Below are positions 57,851-64,000 of a stretch of 64,000 bases of DNA, one piece after another. Position 1 is the stretch's first letter; the number at the start of each line of letters is the position of its first letter. The stretch comes from Octopus vulgaris (taxonomy: Eukaryota). The stretch covers positions 40,052,001 through 40,116,000 of the forward strand of contig OX597830.1 of the NCBI GenBank assembly GCA_951406725.2, given 5' to 3'. The notes below the pieces were generated by a model. The model worked only from the letters and a program-made list of their open reading frames with translations. It was not told the DNA's origin and ran no database searches. The position numbers and the translations under genes were made by a program.

Positions 57851-58430
57851 ATTTAAAGAATGCTTTCGTAGGTCAGTTTTTCACATAGACGTGTTATAAG
57901 GTAATCTGTATATATTACCCTCATAACACGTGTATTTGAAAAACTAAACCAAGAAAGCGCATATACACAACGCTGAATCTTCATCCGAAAGCGTTCGTGT
58001 CGTTCTCTTTTTCTAAGATGGTTCTTTTTTTATATAATTTATAATTTCTAACAAATTTTTTTCTACAAATATCGTGACTGTATCAAGTATGTTTTGCAAA
58101 AATTTTCAAATATAAATATGCACACACATGCACGAACACACACATGAACACACGGAGCTCAAGATACGAACAAATTTTCATATTTTGTTTCAAAAAACAA
58201 AAGCAACAAAACCGTTAGACAAGAATTTAACATTTAAACTTAAACACGCCACGTTTTCGGAGTTTATGTCATCGCTCAATTTAGCACTCATTTTGTTTGT
58301 TGACAACTCAATGTCTTAAATGAAAAGAAGAAATAGTTGTTTTTTCAGACCCACCATGCAATACGACTCCATACATAGTAATACACATGGAACTAAATTT
58401 GGGTATTTCAAAGTCAAGGTCTCCGGCATT

Positions 58431-58518
<88 letters not shown>

Positions 58519-58652
58519 ATACATAAGGAGAAACTGCATCTGTCCTTTTTATCGTTCTTGTTCATTCTCTTTTTTTCTGTCTGGGTCAATGTCCCAATTT
58601 TTCCATATCTGTTTGTCTATCTGTCTACTTATCTACACGAAATATGTACACA

Positions 58653-58679
<27 letters not shown>

Positions 58680-58701
<22 letters not shown>

Positions 58702-59241
58702 TTACTCACACACACACACACACACACACACACATAAATGCACGATGCATAAAACCACACATTAGCATACATACATATGCATGCACTTACAAATGCACAT
58801 AGACACATACACACATGCGCAAATGCACATACCAACACACAGAAAGAAACACAAATGCACATAAACACGCACGCAAACATACACACACTGAAATGTACAT
58901 AAAAGCGCACACACATACACAATACACACACACACACACAAATGCACAAAAAGCACATACATGCCTGCACATAAACATACACACACATACACAACACATA
59001 CACAGACAAACACATACGTGCCAACAAGCACATACTTATATAAACGCATAAATGCCTGCAAACACACACAATCACATACACATACACACACAACAAAAAC
59101 ACATACACAAATACACACACACACACAGACATACTCTCACAAACATACAAACACACATACACACACAAACACACACGCATACACAAACACACACGCGTAC
59201 ACAAACACACACATACAAACACACACAAACCCCCACACACA

Positions 59242-59279
<38 letters not shown>

Positions 59280-59397
59280 AACACACACAACAAAAACATA
59301 CACAAATACACACACAGACATACTCTCACAAACATACAAACACACATACACACACACAAATACACACGCATACACAAACACACATATACACACACAA

Positions 59398-59456
<59 letters not shown>

Positions 59457-59955
59457 AACACAAACACACACAACAAAAACATACACGAATACACATACAG
59501 ACATACTCTCACAAACATACAAACACACATACACACACACACACACATACACAAACACACACATACACACACATACACACACAAACACACACACACACAA
59601 ACACACACAAACACACACACACACACAAACACAAACACAAACACACACAACAAAAACATACACAAATACACACACAGACATACTCTCACAAACATACAAA
59701 CACACATACACGCACACAAACACACACGCATACACAAACACACACATATACACACACAAACCCACACACACACACAAACACACACAAACACACACACACA
59801 CACACAAACACACATACAAACACACACACACAAACACACACACACAGACATACTCTCACAAACATACAAACACACATACACACACACAAACACACACGCA
59901 TAACACACACACACACACACACACAACCCCCCCCACGCACACACACACACATGCA
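58680..59955. repeat. CA-rich degenerate satellite with a higher-order unit
   Basis: cagacatactctcacaaacatacaaacacacatac at 59126, 59315, 59498, 59675, 59845. Confidence 0.9.
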
Positions 59956-60304
59956 CACTGGATTAAACTTAAGCGCTCACGGGAAAATAATGTATTTGAA
60001 GAGACAGATGCATTTCCTAACACAGATGCATAGGAAACGAGATTCTCACAGGCCAAACGGTAAAAGCGAAAGGAAGTAGCAGCGACTGTGTTTTGCACAC
60101 AGTCGAGGCCTTGTAATCCGCAGGTCAACGTTCTACAAAGTGGAATCCGCCTAAATTAAACTTGATCTTTAGAAAATATAAGCTTGGCCAAACAGAAAAG
60201 CCTTTGAAAAATTGGTTTACTAGGTCAGACAATCATTGCAGCTAAGCAATAATGTGCTGTTGAGACGCAACTGCATATATTGCTGCAGCGGAAGGGGAAA
60301 TATG

Positions 60305-60369
<65 letters not shown>

Positions 60370-60416
60370 GTGTAACTGTGTGTAGGTATGTTTGAATATA
60401 CATATACATACATATA

Positions 60417-60447
<31 letters not shown>

Positions 60448-60474
60448 TAACACACACACATATATATATACAAA

Positions 60475-60524
<50 letters not shown>

Positions 60525-60533
60525 CACACACAC

Positions 60534-60581
<48 letters not shown>

Positions 60582-60655
60582 CTTGCTTACTATGTATAGA
60601 GTGGGCGCATGTATACATACATACATTATCCGTTCACACATCTAAACGTATATAG

Positions 60656-60699
<44 letters not shown>

Positions 60700-60814
60700 T
60701 GTTTGTGCATTTCATGTCTGTCTCCCTGTCCTTAACAAGTATATGGACACACATATTTATATATACATACACACATGCATATACTCTTCTATACATCCAA
60801 ACGTACACGCTTGC

Positions 60815-60866
<52 letters not shown>

Positions 60867-60989
60867 AAGACAGACAGACAGAGGGAGAGTGAGAGTGACA
60901 GAAAGAGGAAGAGAAAGTGAGACGGAGAAAAACTGGGACAGGCAACAGAAATACACAGACAAACACACACATGTATATATGTCTGTGTG

Positions 60990-61056
<67 letters not shown>

Positions 61057-61226
61057 ATATATATACATATATATACATACATGCATTTATACATACATAT
61101 ATATATATATGTCCACATATGTATATATATATACATATACACACACACACATAAACACACAAACATATATATATACACACAGACAAATATATGTATGTGT
61201 ACATATATATACATATTTATAGATAT

Positions 61227-61267
<41 letters not shown>

Positions 61268-61430
61268 TATGCATATATATATATATACACCCACATATAT
61301 ATAAATATATATATATACATATATATGCATGTATATATCCTTATGTATATAATATATATACATATGCATAACACGTATATACATGCACACTTAGTATACA
61401 CACATACGACTCACTCATGAACAACACACG

Positions 61431-61488
<58 letters not shown>

Positions 61489-61693
61489 TACACGTACGTA
61501 TAGATAACATGCATACATACAGATGTATGTAAATAACATGGTTGTGCAGTTGCATTTCTGTTAAATATGCTCAGAATTCAAGCTTCTCTGATATCCGACT
61601 GACACAAGTGAAAGGACGTAGTGTCAACTCTTCGCCACAGACGATGTTAATTACCTCCCATACATAAACAAGAAGAATATAGATCTCTGTTTC

Positions 61694-61745
<52 letters not shown>

Positions 61746-61815
61746 CGTGTGTGTGTGTGTGTGCGTGCGTGCATATATGTGTATGTGTGTGTGTATACAT
61801 ATACACACACACACG

Positions 61816-61846
<31 letters not shown>

Positions 61847-62023
61847 ATATATCTATATCCATATATATTTATACATATATACATATATAGAAATATACAC
61901 ACACATAAAAACATATATATGTGTAATATAGATATATGTATGTATGCGTGTGTATATACATATACAACCGCTTATGCTCGTATATTTATATATATACATA
62001 ATTACATAATGCATATTTTATAC

Positions 62024-62054
<31 letters not shown>

Positions 62055-62220
62055 TGCATACATACATACATACAAATATATATACATATATATACATACA
62101 TATATATGCATATATATATATACATATATATACATACATACATATATACATACATACACACATGGATATATGTATATATATATGACTATATATGTATATT
62201 CATATATATAATTGTGTGCA

Positions 62221-62251
<31 letters not shown>

Positions 62252-62264
62252 GTGCGTGTGTGTG

Positions 62265-62306
<42 letters not shown>

Positions 62307-62700
62307 TTACATGTTCTACCAGACTGGTGAGATTGATGAAGTTGGCGTTGAGTTGGAACATTTTTAGGTTAATGGAAAAAATGTTAGTGGGGAACTGGGG
62401 ACTTCAGAAGACCGTTTTTCTCGGGAGGAAAACTTAGAGGAAGTATGTAGAGGGGTGGACGTGTGATGAGACACAGTAAGACAGCGTGTTTGATGAGCCC
62501 GTCTCCCCTATATCTTTGATTTGTTTCGGCCTTTTGACTGACATCATGCTGAGGTTTCATCTAGAAGGGCTTAGTCGAACAAATCGACCCCTGGCACTTA
62601 TCCTATCGGTTTCTTTTGCCGAATTCCCAAGTTACAAGAACACACGCACGAATATATATGATATATATGTAAATAACATAGTTGTAAAATAGTAAAATAA

Positions 62701-63290
62701 AACAACAATTCAATAACCCACCTACTTGAACTGGCATATATACATCAAAATACCGAGAAAGATGTAAACGGTAATGAAAAACCCTCGATACGGCCACATC
62801 GTGCTAGTGGCAATAATAGGGATATAGCTAACACGGTAACAACGTCTGAAAATGAAGTCAGAACTGAGATATATACAACTAAATGTAATAAATGCGCATG
62901 CAGAGGAAAATCAAGATGTCCATTGATGAACATCTGTATGAGTATAAATCTTGTATATAAATGTGCTGTGGAGGAGCGTATGTTTACATTGGGGCAACGG
63001 CTGTGTCATTCAAGAATCGTTATCGCAACCATGTCACCAACTTCAAGAAAATCGACAAGGGGACATTCAACATCTTTGACCGATTTTGTGTGACGTTTAA
63101 GGAAGAAAAAATTAAGTATAACATAACTTGGTCCATAATAAGGCATGGAAAAAAATACAATATCATTTCCAGGAGATGCCGACTCTGCTGCGAGGAATCC
63201 TATGTCTATCAATGAGAAGATCATTAATAGAATTTCTGAAAGACTCTCAAGATGCTTACATGCATATAAATGCACTTTCGCACTTGCAGT
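62701..63290 (+). pseudogene. Penelope-like element GIY-YIG endonuclease (frameshifted)
   Basis: CACRGKSRCPLMNICMSINLVYKC / YVYIGATAVSFKNRYRNH...YNITWSIIRHGKKYNIISRRCRLCCEE / INRISERLSRCLH; the typical PLE CxCR..CPL..C..VY, YIG, CxLCxxE and NxRSExxSxCRH motifs. Confidence 0.9.
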
Positions 63291-63717
63291 GGAAATTAAT
63301 TTGATTAAAAATCATTAACCTAATCAATAATCAAAAATCATAATTCCCCTTAAGGTATGGATGAATTAAATTTAGCTCTAACCTCCCCATTCTTATAAGC
63401 AAGTGGTTATTTAGTTCGCTGTGTGAACATATGTGCGCCAAACCACACGTGACGTATGTTTACATCTTTGTGTTTGTATGCGCGAGTGTACATTGCCATA
63501 CAACCTATGGGAGGACGTTTATACATCCATATCCGTTAATGGTTATATTTAATACTTTCTTCGCTGTATTGTGTATTCGTTTCTTTTGGCGTCTGTTATT
63601 TTTTATTATTGAACTTCTATATGAATGAAGCTATATCCTTTAATTTGCTGATTTTCTTTACACGAACCGAGAACATACATTGCGGAACTGTCGTTATTTT
63701 AACGATTTATATCTAAT

Positions 63718-63822
63718 TATCACCCGAAGAGACACATCTACACCAATGGATGCTCCTAAACCAGTTGTTAAGTATCCCACTCGGGGAGGATCGATACTAG
63801 ATGGGTCAAACAGCTGTAGTGG
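63718..63822 (+). ncRNA. Two tandem decayed hammerhead-like motifs (PLE pLTR)
   Basis: CCGAAGA-gacacatc...gatgctcc-TAAAc..; then ccac-tcgggga-g-gatcgat..atgggtc-AAAc-agct-gTA-gtgg; both cores mutated. Confidence 0.45.
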
Positions 63823-64000
63823 TTAATAAAAATTGTCGTATCTTTCATCTTCCGTTTCTCATTAACCAAATACACCACGAACATTACTGGTAAACTATCA
63901 GGAATACATCATACGTTTTATTATCTAATAAATACGTTTACACACACACACATATATGTGTGTGTGCGTATGTATGTATGCATATATATATATTTTACAT

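Overview
AT-rich, repeat-saturated eukaryotic DNA, intronic or intergenic. The SINE set and the huge (TA)n/(TACA)n/(GATA)n/(TAA)n load suggest a coleoid cephalopod (octopus-like), but that is inference. I see no intact protein-coding gene. Most ORFs in the track are microsatellite translations; the recognisable remainder are decayed TE fragments. Decayed TE coding remnants include: Tigger-like (2.3 kb), Gypsy integrase (4.8 kb), R4/Dong-like RLE LINE ends (8.6, 18.7 kb), CR1-like (9.8 kb), RTE (29.4 kb), Penelope GIY-YIG (33.5, 62.9 kb), a Jockey/I-group RT (35 kb) and a mariner split by a SINE (49.4-51.2 kb). There are also many tRNA-derived SINEs and several MITEs. The main hidden signal is more than a dozen hammerhead-ribozyme (HHR) or HHR-like motifs, folded by hand, in several distinct short repeat families. 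These are: a tRNA-headed SINE carrying a complete minimal HHR (57.1-57.5 kb); a three-copy TATA-HHR-AATAAA unit with covarying stems; a CUGUNGA core variant; a four-copy family with the HHR core motifs in reversed order and pseudoknot-like pairings; and an extended HHR in otherwise unique sequence (10.3 kb). All folds are by eye and untested. Several fold-back palindromes next to (TA)n may be assembly artefacts. Repeat boundaries are approximate unless TSDs or TIRs are given.
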